From: Octopus sinensis
Taxonomy: Eukaryota
Assembly: GCF_006345805.1 (NCBI RefSeq)
Contig: NC_042998.1
Span: 71,672,001-71,736,000 of the forward strand
Reading direction: 5' to 3'
Length of the DNA: 64,000 bases
Position numbers and translations under genes: made by a program. Each line of letters starts with the position of its first letter. Positions within the stretch are counted from its first letter, which is position 1. The notes under the pieces are model-generated. The model made no database searches, was not told the origin of the DNA, and saw only the letters and a list, made by a program, of their open reading frames with translations. Shown here in pieces: positions 10,940 to 23,590 of the stretch.

Positions 10940-13624
10940 AAAGCAATCAAATAAACAAATCACCAAAACAATTAAAACCATCCACTCTCGCCTCAACATT
11001 TCTGCTTAATGCCCAAGGCATCAGCCCTTCCACCAATACACAAAAATGGAAGATAATATTCCTGGAGGACTGGGTCGAGGCCCATCCAAACCATCCTTTT
11101 CTTCGTCCTCACTGAAACCCATCTTAGTGACCTCCACTTGGAAGCCGAGGTGAAAGTTAAAAATTTCAAAACCATTCGTACTGATCGTGCTGGCAGAAGA
11201 AAGGGTAGGACTGCCATTTATGTCCATGATTCATTCTCAACAGAAGCCAGGAACATATTCTCGAATGGATACTGCGAAGCAGTCGCTGTATTCAGTCAAA
11301 CCAACAACTTAACAGTAGTTGGGCTCTACAGACCACCCCAAACGCCCCTACCATGCTTCAAGGAATGCCTCAACAGCATAAAGTGTTTCATTCAGCAGTG
11401 TCAACTTGACAACATTTTAATGATGGGAGACTTCAACCTTCCCGGGGTTGACAGGTCTACAAACAGTCTGCCGCCAGGTTCTTCTCTCTCAACCCCTGAC
11501 AGGGAGGCAGTGGAATCGCTTCTTGACTTCATGGATGACTTCTTCTTGTCCCAACTGGTACTCGAACCAACGAGATGTCACAAAAACGTCTTAGACTTAA
11601 TTTTCAGCAATCACACTGATACTATCCACAATATTGCAGTGGAGAAAACCCTACTCTCCGACCATGACATGGTTCTCTGTGATCTGAGATTTCACTGGCC
11701 AAAATGCAAAACAAATGTCTTCCCTCCTGTTCATCCATTTGACACTATGGATTTCCACAATGCAAACTGGGAAGCGATCAATAATGATCTTGCACAAGTC
11801 GATTGGTCCTTCACGCACACATACACACCCACTAACATTAAAAAGTCCTGGCAGTCACTTGTAGACACCATCATGAACATATGTGCAAGACACACCCCAT
11901 TAAGATCTGCAAACAAATCTAAGTGTCGAATCCCTAGAAATAGAAAATCTCTCATAAGGAAAATTAAAAGAATCAACAAAAAGATCAACATGCTGAAATA
12001 CTGTCAACAGCAACACACCAACCTGACTGCCATCTCGTCGCTAGAGATTAAAAAACATAAACTCCAAAACAACATGATGTCTATCATCAATAGTCAGCGA
12101 AGAGCTGAAGAGGCCTGGGCCATTGAGAAGATCAAACTCAATCCCAAAGTGTTCTTTTCAGTTGCAAAAAAACACAGAGTCACTGGTTCTACTCTTGGCC
12201 CTCTGATTGATGAAAATGGTACTCTTCAAGACAATGCCAAAACCATGGGAGAGATATTGCAGAAACAATATTGCTCTGTTTTCAGCAATCCTGATATGAC
12301 TGATCTGGGCTGTATCAGTGATGTTACTCCCCAATACACTTTATCGGACATAACAGTTGGCGCTCCTGATGTCTTAGCAGCAATAAAGGAAATGAAGCAT
12401 AATTCAGCAGTAGGTCCCGATAGGTTCCCTGCTTGTGTCTTGAAGATGTGTCAAAAACAACTTGCACCCCATCTAGCCAATCTGTGGCGGAACTCACTGG
12501 ATGCTGGATATATACCAGAGGACCTTCTATCCCAGTCTGTTGTCCCAGTTTTCAAAAAAGGAAACAAATCGCTTGCCGTGAATTACCGTCCAATCTCACT
12601 CACCTCTCATATCATCAAGGTATTTGAGAGGGTGCTGAGATCGCGTATGACTCACTTCCTTGAGAGTCATAATATGCTGAACCCCAACCAGCATGGATTC
12701 CGTAATGGGAGAGATTGCCTGACGCAGCTACTGCATCATTTTGATGACATCTTGAGAGCCTTGGGAGAAGGTTCCAACACTGATGTCATCTACCTTGATT
12801 TCAGCAAGGCCTTTGACAGGGTTGATCATAAGATCCTTCTGAGAAAGCTGTCCAATATTGGTGTCACTGGAAAGTTGCTGCAGTGGATCAAGTGCTTCCT
12901 GTCTAACAGAACCCAACATGTAGTCGAAGGAGTCAAATCCAGCCCAGCCAAAGTCAGCAGTGGTGTCCCACAAGGCACTGTGTTGGGCCCACTTCTCTTC
13001 ATCATCTACATAAATGATATTACTGATACCATCAAACACAGTAACATCAGAACCTTCAAGTCGAGAGATTCCCGCGCTATTATCCTTCTCTTCTCCACTT
13101 TTGCCCGACCCCACCTTGAATACGGCTGTCCACTGTGGTCTCCCTACACAAAACAAAATATTATGAGAATTGAAGCTCCCCAAAGGTCAATCGCAAAAAA
13201 GATAGATGGCATGTCAGACCTTGACTACTGGGGTAAACTAGAGAAGCTGAAATTGTATTCACTCCAACGACGCCGTGAACACTACATTATCTGTATGATG
13301 TGGAAAATATTCCACCAGCACTGTCCGAATGATGTTGGCATCACCTTCAAAATGCATCCAAGGCTTGGACCACGTGCCATCCGTCCACAACAAAAATCTA
13401 AATCGCATCACATAACGACAATACGGCACAACTATTTCACCTCTATTGGACCTGCTCTCTTCAACATTACACCAGGGTACGTCAAAAAAGAAACTGACCA
13501 CACAAAATTCAAGAAGTCTTTGGACAAATTCCTTCAAACAGTACCGGACAAACCACCCACACCCGGATATGTCTCCGCAAACAATAACTCTCTGCTCGAA
13601 TGGGCCTTGGTGCCCAAATCCTGA
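10930..13624 (+). pseudogene. LINE ORF2 (APE endonuclease plus RT); frameshift near 11090 and an internal deletion removing the FADD motif
   Basis: APE motifs LNAQG, TETHL (adjacent frame), VGLYRPP, MGDFNLP, LDLIF and SDH. RT motifs NYRPISLTS, QHGFR, DFSKAFD and SGVPQGTVLGPLLFIIYIND, followed directly by RTFKSR...RPHLEYG. The ATG at 10930 overlaps the ORF1 stop at 10937-10939. Confidence 0.88.
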
Positions 13625-13707
13625 ACTGAAAGACTTCACCAGGTGGTGCTATTAAGTTAGACATGGCCTGGGCCAATACTGGCCAAAACCTTTCTAAATT
13701 ATTCTAA

Positions 13708-13747
<40 letters not shown>

Positions 13748-13786
13748 TATATATAATATATATATATATACATATATATATATACA

Positions 13787-14014
13787 TATTTCTTTATTGC
13801 CCATAGGGGGCTGAACATAGAGGGGATAAACAAGGGGAGACAAAGGGATTATGACGATTACATCGACTCCAGTGCGTAACTGGTACTTATCTAATTGACC
13901 CTGAAATGATGAAAGGCAAATTCGACCTCGGCGGAATTTGAACTCAGAATATAACGGCAGACGAAATACCCCTAAACTTTTCGCCAGGCGTACTAATGGT
14001 TCTGCCGACTCACC
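13787..14014 (-). mobile_element. tRNA-derived SINE, family A
   Basis: Reverse complement of the 1014-1246 element along its full length. Confidence 0.85.
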
Positions 14015-14739
14015 AGTGTGCGTGTGTCTCTGTGTGTGTGTGTGTATTTCTCTATGTTTTTGCGGTACTTTATCCCTACAGCTGTGCATTAATTTGCATG
14101 GCCTATATTTTGCTTTGCAATTGTCTATAATTTGTTGTAATGCAGTATTAGGTCTTTATAATATAAAACGTATCCTTCACAAACGTATCTTTCATAAAAT
14201 TGCTTTCATCTAATACATATACGGTAAACTCAATATCCCTGTACTTGCTTTGCAGACAAATATTCGTAAGGGAAAGCTGAATCCTCTGACTACAGATTAA
14301 ACCTGCTACCTTAATATTAATCGCAGTGAATATATGGTAGAGAAATGCATCCCTACCGTGTATCAATAGATAATATTTACGAAGAGTATTTTTCAGTAGC
14401 TATATTAGGAAAAAGAGACTATATTGTCAATATTTTAACTGTCACCAAATTACATAAACATATATGTGTTGCTGGATATGATATGAATACCTGTAGGTCA
14501 ATTTCTAATACAAACAAATAGAACAGCATTGGAAATGAATTTTGTACTAGTGATTGAGCGGATATTTATTATGTAGTGAGAGTTACAAGAGACTATGAGT
14601 TTCGCTGATGTCTAGTGTACAAGTCTTATATTTCAGGGAAGAGCTTGTATCAGATTTGATCTCTGTTCGTGCACATACTATTTGCCTGACGTGTTCCTGA
14701 AGTAAGCTTGCTTAACAATGCTGATGCTGCCACTTTGCT

Positions 14740-14751
14740 ATATATATATTA

Positions 14752-14831
<80 letters not shown>

Positions 14832-14849
14832 CATACATACATATATACT

Positions 14850-14887
<38 letters not shown>

Positions 14888-14965
14888 CGTGTGTATGTAT
14901 GAGTGCGTGTGTATGTGTGTGTGTGCCTGTGTCTGTGTGTGTTTGTGTTTGTGCACATATATATA
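14740..14965. repeat. Compound (TA)n/(TG)n microsatellite
   Basis: Direct reading of the sequence. Confidence 0.95.
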
Positions 14966-15199
14966 TGTAGGTATCATCTCTCTCGTTCTCACAAACATTC
15001 ATACATACATATGATGCGTTCATTAGTTGGATGTACAATTTCAATGTATTCCACAGATAGTTAGACTTAAAGATTATCTACTGCTCTGAATGATTTATCG
15101 ACTTTCAACTATATGCAATCTTATATCACTTGTTACTCTTGTATTAGGTATTCATGAAATCCTCTTTTGAAAGGCAACCTTCTTGAAAATCTAATTTCA

Positions 15200-15800
15200 T
15201 CTCGGTCTCATGTTGGAATATTCCTCTCATCTGCATCCATATCGCCATGACATATCTTTACAATGGTTTATATTTCTTAAGATAGATTGTGTGTCTTTTG
15301 TGTGACCCAAACTTTGGAGTTTTATGTTCAGTGATAATAATCTCGAACATTTTACTGTTCGATGCATCGAAGCTAGTATATTGTGTTTTAAAAGATACCA
15401 AGAAATTGAATTTGGTATTTATGACTCTTCTGTTCATCAGTACATAATCTTTGATATACAAACATGAAATTCCTCTTAAGGTATTAAGAATTTGGAGTGA
15501 TAAATTGTTATCAGGAATCAAATTTTGACAATCATTGTATAGAAGCATTTGATATTCAGATCGAATATATTCAAGCGTCTTTTTACTTGAGACTTTTGAA
15601 ATGTCATCTTGCTTTTATTTCTTTAAATCTACTAACGTAGTAGCTACACAAATAATTTTTTATTCAAAATATTAAACATGCATATACTGATTCAATGCAA
15701 TTATATCTCCGTTATTCATATGGCTATTTTGATAAAAAATGTTTCAAGAATTAGTTTTAAATAATATTACAAAAGTATTTGTTCTACATCATAAGAATGA
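15200..15800 (-). mobile_element. Heavily decayed Penelope-like element, linker and GIY-YIG region
   Basis: Minus-strand pieces FKTNS*NIF, YACL and KDYVLMNRRVINTKFNFLVSFKT resemble PLE KTNIGKTF...YSCM...YIGxTExxFKTRFNNHxxSFK. Weak by-eye match. Confidence 0.4.
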
Positions 15801-17482
15801 AACAGAATACGCTACTAATATTGTGTGATTAATACGATCGTATTTGCAGTAGGTAGGCTGGTTGAGAATATTCGAATTTATATTTCATGTTATTTTCATT
15901 TTTTCACCTGCACCCTTAACGGTAACTATAATAATGTACCTTATGGATATTGAGAATATGAACTGTTGCTCTGAAGCATTAAATCCTCTCGGGAAATACT
16001 ATTAGTTTCAGAGGTAGGAAAAGGAATTGCATCATGAAAAGTAGTTTTTACTTAATTAGATTTGTTAGAAAAGTACATTCAATATTAAAGGCATTTGTAG
16101 TATCTGCCAATAATAAAGGAATTATTAGAATAAAAAAATTAGAATGAGGAAAAATTGTACGTTCGTTTTGAATATTAGTGAGATAGGTGGGAAGTGCCAT
16201 AGAAAAGTATTACTTCAGTATTTACATTGGTTCTTAGATAGGAAAGAAAACCAGTGTATGTTTAACACTTCTCACTTGGACTGTCATTTTCGCAGATTGC
16301 ATCCATCGCTAATTTATTGGATTTATGTCCTCACCTATTTTTTTATTTAAGTCAAGCAATACTTCACTGTTGCTGCGGAGGTGTTTTGTCTCAGTCGTTA
16401 ATTTTTTTTAAAATCCTCAAACTATCTTATCAACCAGGCCTTTTGGTTTTGCTCTGTTGTCGATGAACATAAACATTTCAATTTCTTGCTAACATTTACC
16501 TTTATGTGGACTCCTACTAATTTTCTTCAGTCGATTTAAGACCACCACATCATAGTTCTGTTTTTTTTTCTTAGAACATCATGAGGTATGCAAGGCAATT
16601 GACTCCTGTTTTTGGCATAGTGTAAGACAGCATAAATGTTTCTTGTTTGGATTATATAGATAACATTTTAAAGGAAAGAAATAAAAATACGACAGATAAA
16701 TTAACGGCGAGACAATTTGCTTTGTGGGGCGACGAGGGAGGAATGTAAGCACCAGGTTTCCAGAAATATATTTGGCATCCCTTGTTTTCAAATAAAATAA
16801 TTGGTTTATTTATAAAGACTAAAAACAAAATACAATGGTATCACTTTAGCACACTCTCTCCTGCAAATGTCTACGTCACCCCAATGTCAGAGATGTTTAC
16901 GTATACATATACAAAGACACACGCGCACATATGAGCACACAGACATAAAGAGATGAAGATAGGTAGACACACACACACATTAAAATTTCAAGTTTACACT
17001 TTAACAGGCAGGGTCGAGTATTTGGCAAGTATAAAACTAAAAAGTCAATGTTTTAAAAATTATAATTTAACTACTCTCCTTGACATATGACATTCGAACT
17101 GTGGATCGGTTGAAGTTGACGTATATTCTGAGGATCGGTCGGTAAGTATGAGTACGATTGAAGTATTTTACTGAATCATTATTGCCTCCCATGCCTCATT
17201 GATATAATACATACATATGCAACACACACATATATAAAATCCTATGCTGGCTCATTCCAATAGATAAGAGAGGTAAAATAATTAGTTATCGTTCTGGCAC
17301 AATTATGTTTCAAGTAGTGAGATAACGTACAATGAAAAAAAAATTATCTCTAAACATGAATGTTAGGTTGATACAGCCACATAATACACACCTGCTTTCT
17401 TTAAAATATGTTGAAGTTAAACAGGGTTACACGGGAGAAACGTTGATAGTTATATCTGCGATATTACTGAAATTCGATCAAC

Positions 17483-17660
17483 TTAACTGCGATGAAAGGC
17501 CTTGCTGAAATCAAAATCGAAGGCAATTTGGAAATCTTTCATAGCATCAGCGAGACTAATGAGAATTTGATTAGTTTCAGATTTTCGTGCATGATAAATG
17601 AGTGGTTTGGAGCCGTCGATTGCTAACGAATGAAAAAAAAAATCTCCGTCACGTTTATCT
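17483..17660 (-). mobile_element. Decayed CR1/L2-type RT fragment
   Basis: HARKSETNQILISLADAMKDFQIAFDFDFSKAFH resembles GFRxxRSCxTNLL...D...YLDFSKAFD. Confidence 0.5.
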
Positions 17661-18289
17661 GTAGCCTGTTGCACAAAAGCACACATACGCAGAAATATGG
17701 TAATTGCTTAATGATATTGGTTAAGTGCGGACTAATATACTAAGTTGTGTGAGAGAAAATTTAACTTTAATTAGAGTAATTTAAAGCGTAATGGATAGAA
17801 AATTCATTAACATTCTTATCTAAGAAGGTGCGGGAGTAAACAGGATTCTGAATTCATTTTAAACGAAGCGAAACATGAGTGACGTTCTCACTATACATAC
17901 CACAAAGATCAACGTCATTTCCCCCTGCAATATTCTCTCAGTATTTTAAGAAGTGAACTTTCAGGATTGTTCCCCTTGAGTTACCCGGAGTGATAATGAG
18001 TTTCTACTCATTTCGAATATATCTCGATTAAAAACATGTTCAATTCACTGCGCTAATCATGATAGGCTCCATGTAATTATGCTGAAGTCGTCACTGAAAT
18101 ATTTTCTTGTGTCAAATGACGTATCCATATAAATACAAGCATACAAGCTTTTGTGTATATGCTTTTTGTATGTGTGAGTGAGTATGTATGTATGTTTATA
18201 TATATGTATATATATGTTTATAGATACATGCATATATATTTATATTTGCATGAATATACACATATGCATACATGTATATTTCTATTTAT

Positions 18290-18307
18290 CTGTATATATA
18301 TATACAT

Positions 18308-18341
<34 letters not shown>

Positions 18342-18352
18342 ATATATATATA

Positions 18353-18395
<43 letters not shown>
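18290..18395. repeat. (TA)n microsatellite
   Basis: Direct reading of the sequence. Confidence 0.95.
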
Positions 18396-18398
<3 letters not shown>

Positions 18399-18419
18399 GA
18401 AACCTTCGACGAAAGGTGA

Positions 18420-18650
18420 TCAGTGACCCCTGCTAGACACGGCTGCTCCACATTGATAAGAGGCAACTACTCCGAAATTGGTCTGTGGTTGCCAAGCCAG
18501 CAAGGGGAATTTGATGACCTCTCCTGTTCGAAGGTTTATGGATGCAGGTCCGTGTGTCATATAGCCAGCTAGAGGCGATAGCCTCTCGGATCTAATCAAC
18601 AGCAGTATTCGTCCTATTTCTATGGACTGCCATGTCAGTTTGGCAATAAA
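18420..18650 (-). mobile_element. GC-richer interspersed repeat fragment, family unassigned; related pieces at 53560-53760 and 53930-54005
   Basis: Minus-strand CGCCTCTAGCTGGCTATATGAC...CTGCATCCATAAA resembles plus-strand GGCTTCTCCAGCTGGTTATGCGA...CTGCACCCGATAAA (about 53600) and GCCTCTTCCAACTGGTTATTCGA (about 53945). Confidence 0.4.
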
Positions 18651-21173
18651 TATTATATATACATGTATATATGCGTGGGTGTGTGTGTATGTGTGTGTGT
18701 ATGTGTGTGTGTGTTTATGTATGTATATATTCTTGCTCATACATTGATACAGACAAGGAACATGAATGCGTGGGTGATGTAAGTTTTCTCCGAGATATTT
18801 CCTTAGCCTTCTAAAAAATACATTTAATAACAGTCCATTACACCTGAATAAATATCATTACTCCTACAACCGACTTTGCGTCATTTCACATCAAAAATTA
18901 GTGACATCATTATAACCTAGCCTAACAGTTTCAAATGGTTATTTTCCCCTTCATGCACATCTAACAAATAAAAATGACATATTAGAAAACATGCAATCAT
19001 ATGCAAACACATGATTACACATACACACATATGCAGACACACACATACATACACATATATACACTGGCCATAATTACCATATCCTATTCAGTGAAATGCA
19101 CTTAAAAATACGTACAGTTGCATAAACGAATATCACATGTGATCAAGACCAATGACCAACCAAAATATAATGCCAGCAAAGGAAAGAACAAAGAAGGCTA
19201 CAGTGCAAATATTCAAATATAAACCTTTACTTGCGAAATGATGAATTTCTAGAAAATGACATTTAGTTCCATGCGATTTTCGAAAGCAGTAATAGATTAG
19301 TTCTGCTTATGTCAGAACCATCAGCTATAAAATTAGAAAACCTTTTCAACACTTTAAATCAAACGCATATTGTAATTTTTCGTACGTAATATCTAACTTT
19401 ATACGTTCATAGTAAATTCTCTCATGTAAATATTGTAGAGCTAAAATCAATTTAAAATTAGACTTTCATAAATACCCTCAATATCATTTAACTCTATCAT
19501 ATTCACAAATATATTACGACAATCACATTTAATAGGTGCAGAGTATAAATTGCCGAAATTATATATTGAAATTTCCATATAATCACCCAACACATTACGT
19601 TCCCTATGAAAGCTGTTTCCAACATTTATATACGAGAATTGTATACAAACATAAAATACAGTTACCTTAAGAAAAATGTTATAAAATATTGTAATCGGAA
19701 ATTTTGTAGTACCAAATATTTTCAGTTATTTCAGAATTCAAAAGGGATTTGTAACCTATGAGCCATATAAAATCATTGGTAAATCTGGCAGTATGAAACA
19801 CTACGGTACTTTTAATAACTAAGTAGAATATGCATGTACGGTCAATTCGAAACAGCGAGCCATATATTTCAAAGAGATGGCGATAATGCCGCACATTTTA
19901 GAATTCAATACAACTAGGCATAATTCATTTTGAACAAACTATATTATATTCATACTTTAAAAAATAACAACCTCCTCTTTGAAGGATATAATCAATGAAC
20001 AAATAACTGGTAGGAATCTAATATTAGTTTTGTAATCTACTTAAACATAGAAACAATGCTAACACATTAATTTCTAAAGAATAAGAAATCAATTTTTTTA
20101 ACAGCTTACACAAATAAGAAATTATTAACACCACCATGTAAATAAGTATCAATTAGATATTAACAATATTAAATTTATCAATTTAGATATAAGCAAGAAA
20201 GAATTCCTGAAAGATTCTGAAAATGAATAGAAAATCAATTCTAACGAAACATATTGAATGAAATCTCTGGCCTTTAAGGAAAACACACCTCTTGCTAACA
20301 TTATAACAATATCTCGCACAAACACAGCACAGACATATTTCTATTCAAATTGTCAAGATACAATAATTTTATGATTATTTAGTCGTGAATTTCAAACAGT
20401 AGTACAAATATACTAATGCATATATTTGGTGTAACATGAAAATGTACGATACGAAGCAACCCTCGACAATCCTCAATCGGATAGAAATAGGAGACTGCAC
20501 AAACTTCATTATTGTTCGGATCTCTTTTCCCAGTATTTGGGATATTTCTATGTTTGTTTTTACCTTTTTTCAAGATCTGTCACGATGTAGAATTCTTATT
20601 CCAGGTAAGATCACGTTTCTGCCCTATAACGTCACTTAAATTGGGTACCTGTTAATAATGTGGATCAGCAGAAATGTTGCCGCTACACGATAATGGCCGC
20701 CGTTTGTTTTCGTCAGCGCTGATCCAATTTATTTTAACAGAAAGTGCGCAGATAGGTGTTGCCAACGGTTGGTGAAAAGATAATGGTTTTGAACGAATAT
20801 ACATTTATTGAGAGAAGGTTGATATGCCTAATAATGTGGGACGCATTCGATATATATATATACAAATGCAATTAAGTTTCAGATGAGTTCGGTACTTAAA
20901 TTGAGGCATCTTGTTCGGTCTGATTAATATGCATATTCAACAATATTAAGAGAATATCAGATTTGCTGCATAAATGCTGATCACAGGATATTCTTGCTGT
21001 GTATGCCGATAATAAGAACCAGGAGAGTGAAGAAATCCGCTCTTAGCTATTCACACATGTACACTATATTACAAATACTGTCTATAATATTTACGAAGAG
21101 TAGATTCCAGGAAAGGTAAATAAAATAAAAGTAACAAAGAGGTAGAGGTGTCAATCTATATATGTATATATAT

Positions 21174-21272
<99 letters not shown>

Positions 21273-21281
21273 ATATGTATA

Positions 21282-21405
21282 TAATCAAAATAAGCAACAA
21301 GGATATCCAAGTTAGAGTAGTACAATTGTTTCATGCTACTTCATTTTATTAAAGCCGGTAAGTATTACATCAGTTTTAAAATGTCGAGCAATCTTCAATC
21401 ACATA
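21282..21405 (-). mobile_element. PLE-terminus-like repeat, copy 1, with a degenerate hammerhead
   Basis: Shares AAATAAGCAACAAGGATATCCA with the 22045 copy. Minus strand reads TTGAAGA-TTGCT...AGCAT-GAAA-C-AATT-GTA. Abuts a (TA)/(TG)n tract. Confidence 0.5.
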
Positions 21406-21919
21406 TAGAAAATTTCAATTAAACGGACAATGCACATTATTTTACTTATTTCATTTGCCAACATTACAAAGAGGGTAGATATATAGACAGAGAGGTTAAT
21501 TTCATCATTAAGAACCTGATGGTAGTATATTCATTCTGGTCTGTAGATTTTATCACTAAATCCGCTTTTAGCTATTTGTCATTTAGATCTATCAGTGGGG
21601 AGGGTTTTTTTTTATTATTGGTTGAATGGAGACAAACAAGAATTTTTTCATAGATAGAGGAAGGGGTAGTACAAATGTCAAAACCATAAACCCATCCTCA
21701 TTTTGAGGAATTCAGTTTAGACATATTTGAATGTATTATAGCAAAGAGCTAGTAGGCTGAAGTTAGTGGGGTAGGGAGAATAGAGACTACTAATGCTCTA
21801 GAGATTTTCAAAGCCCCTTACCATTTAACAGCCAAATTCTATATTATGAATTTTAAGTAAATATCCTTTAGATAATTCTCTAAAGGTTTTCAATAAATAT
21901 TAGTATCTTATATAAGGAT

Positions 21920-22007
21920 ATATGTATGTACGTACGTACGTATGTATGTATGTATGTATGTATGTATGTATGTATGTATGTATGTATGTATGTATGTATG
22001 TATGCAC

Positions 22008-22042
<35 letters not shown>
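21920..22042. repeat. (ATGT)n plus (TA)n microsatellite
   Basis: Direct reading of the sequence. Confidence 0.95.
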
Positions 22043-22044
<2 letters not shown>

Positions 22045-22046
<2 letters not shown>

Positions 22047-22170
22047 TAAATAAGCAACAAGGATATCCAGCGGTATTGCAATACCGCTATTTCACGCAAC
22101 TCCATTTAATTAAACAATGCAGCCATTACATCAATTTAAATGCAGAACAATCCTCAGCTGCACAAAGAAT
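22045..22170 (-). mobile_element. PLE-terminus-like repeat, copy 2, with a hammerhead motif
   Basis: Minus strand: TGCAG-CTGAGGA-(long insert)-GAAA-T-AGCG-GTA-TTGCA at 22077-22162. Confidence 0.5.
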
Positions 22171-22559
22171 GGAAATGAATTAAATTATAACAGATGGACA
22201 CATTAGTAGAATTTTGCCTGAAATCTCCAAGAAGTTAAGGAGACAGACAAAGAACATGCTGCCTTTATTTCCACTACTGGTGCCTCAACTTAAGTACAAT
22301 ATTCATCTGAATCTAAATTTCTGTTGAACCCACATATATATATATTAGTCATTTCATGCTAAAGAATTGGGTTCTACATGCAGAGACAATACGACGAATC
22401 AGGGATTCTAACACCGATGGAATAAGTTTTAGTAAATAATTGTCATGTGAAAGATTTCGTTGCCTTGCTGGGAGAACCCTTTGTATTAGAAAAGTAATGT
22501 CAACGGTGTTTCCCAATACTATCTTATATGAAAGAAATTGTTGCCCACAGTTCACAGGT

Positions 22560-22790
22560 ACACTACAGCTGAGACAATAAACTCTATCATGTGTACTGTC
22601 GGTGTATTTTAGGAAGCATGGAAGTTTCGAAGGATGTAGTGCCTCGACAGCTAACGACTGATGCGGTTAGTTTATTCCATGCTTCAACAATTCTGAGTTG
22701 TGAAAAAATGTTTCCGAAAGTAATGTGTCGTATTATTGCTTTTAATTTAGGAGCATATCCACGAGTGTTTGACATATGGAATTCAAAAAT
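22560..22790 (-). mobile_element. CR1 LINE 3' end fragment
   Basis: SNTRGYAPKL...FSQLRIVEAWNKLTASVVSC resembles the CR1 C-terminal TRGH..KL...FFxxRVVxxWNxLP motif. Confidence 0.75.
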
Positions 22791-23189
22791 ATAATGGGTT
22801 ATTTGTAATTTCAGGGCATGGAAGCAACTGTGGATATGTTAGGTATGACAACAGAAATTTCTCGTGTTCTATAAACGATTCCATTCAACTGCCAATTTCT
22901 TGACTGTGTTACATTGCTGTGTTACGAATTTTTCTATTAATAGATATCATGGTGTGTATGGGGAGAGATCTCCCAACTACATGACATTATTTTATTAATT
23001 TCTCTCTCAAATGATGTAGTTTGATATAGAATACCCGGCGTTTAAGGCCATAATTGAATATTAAGACCTTGGCATGTGACCAGTTATCGCGGAATGGTTT
23101 TGATGAAGTGAGGGATTAATGAGCAAATTCAGGTTGTTGTGAAATCCCTTATACAAATCCCTGTATAAATTATTTTAAGTGAAAACGCT

Positions 23190-23590
23190 TTAGCATGGCT
23201 ATTGGAGGTCTGCAGATGTGTGTATCATCACCTGTCTTTTTAAGAACCGGGCTGATATGCACAGCCATTGCGGATGTGGCATTATAGTCTCTGAGTGTAG
23301 GGTCGGTCGGTTAATATTTGCAGGCGACATGGTGCTATTTGGATTATCAGTAGATTATATCCTTTATACCCTGAATGGATTCGTTACAGAGTGCGGCAAT
23401 ATAAATATAAGAATTAGTGTTCCAAAGATTGAGATTGTGATTTTCTCAAGAAAGTCTCTTCTGCGTACTCGTCATGGTATTGGGACGTTACAGGGGCAAG
23501 TGGAGGAGTTTAAATTGGTCGTTCCGTATTCATTCATGAGGGGAAGCAGAAAACTTAATTGGATGCTTGAATCGCAGCTGCCGTTAAAGA
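23190..23590 (+). mobile_element. RTE-clade RT fragment, decayed
   Basis: GGLQMCVSSP resembles GLRQGCVLSP; RLIFAGDMVL resembles LLFADDLVL; NIRISVPKIE resembles GMKISxxKTE; QVEEFK resembles QVEKFKYLG. Confidence 0.7.

Larger units (their letters stand above)
9236..13688 (+). mobile_element. CR1-clade LINE, near full length (5' UTR, ORF1, ORF2, 3' UTR), flanked by (TA)n on both sides
   Basis: Two overlapping ORFs, APE and RT motifs, short 3' UTR ending CTAAATTATTCTAAG. (TA)n tracts at about 9210-9235 and from 13689. The 5' boundary is approximate. Confidence 0.88.

Noticed and set aside
14708-15044. Many short ORFs rich in YI, CV or TH (also near 18150, 21050, 26600, 31600, 55700, 58600)
   Set aside because: Translations of (TA)n, (TG)n and (CA)n microsatellites.
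16561-16590. Possible micro-exon (T-tract AG|AACATCATGAG|GTATG), and a similar one at about 660-680
   Set aside because: Splice-like signals are common in AT-rich DNA, and there is no neighbouring exon chain or transcript evidence.
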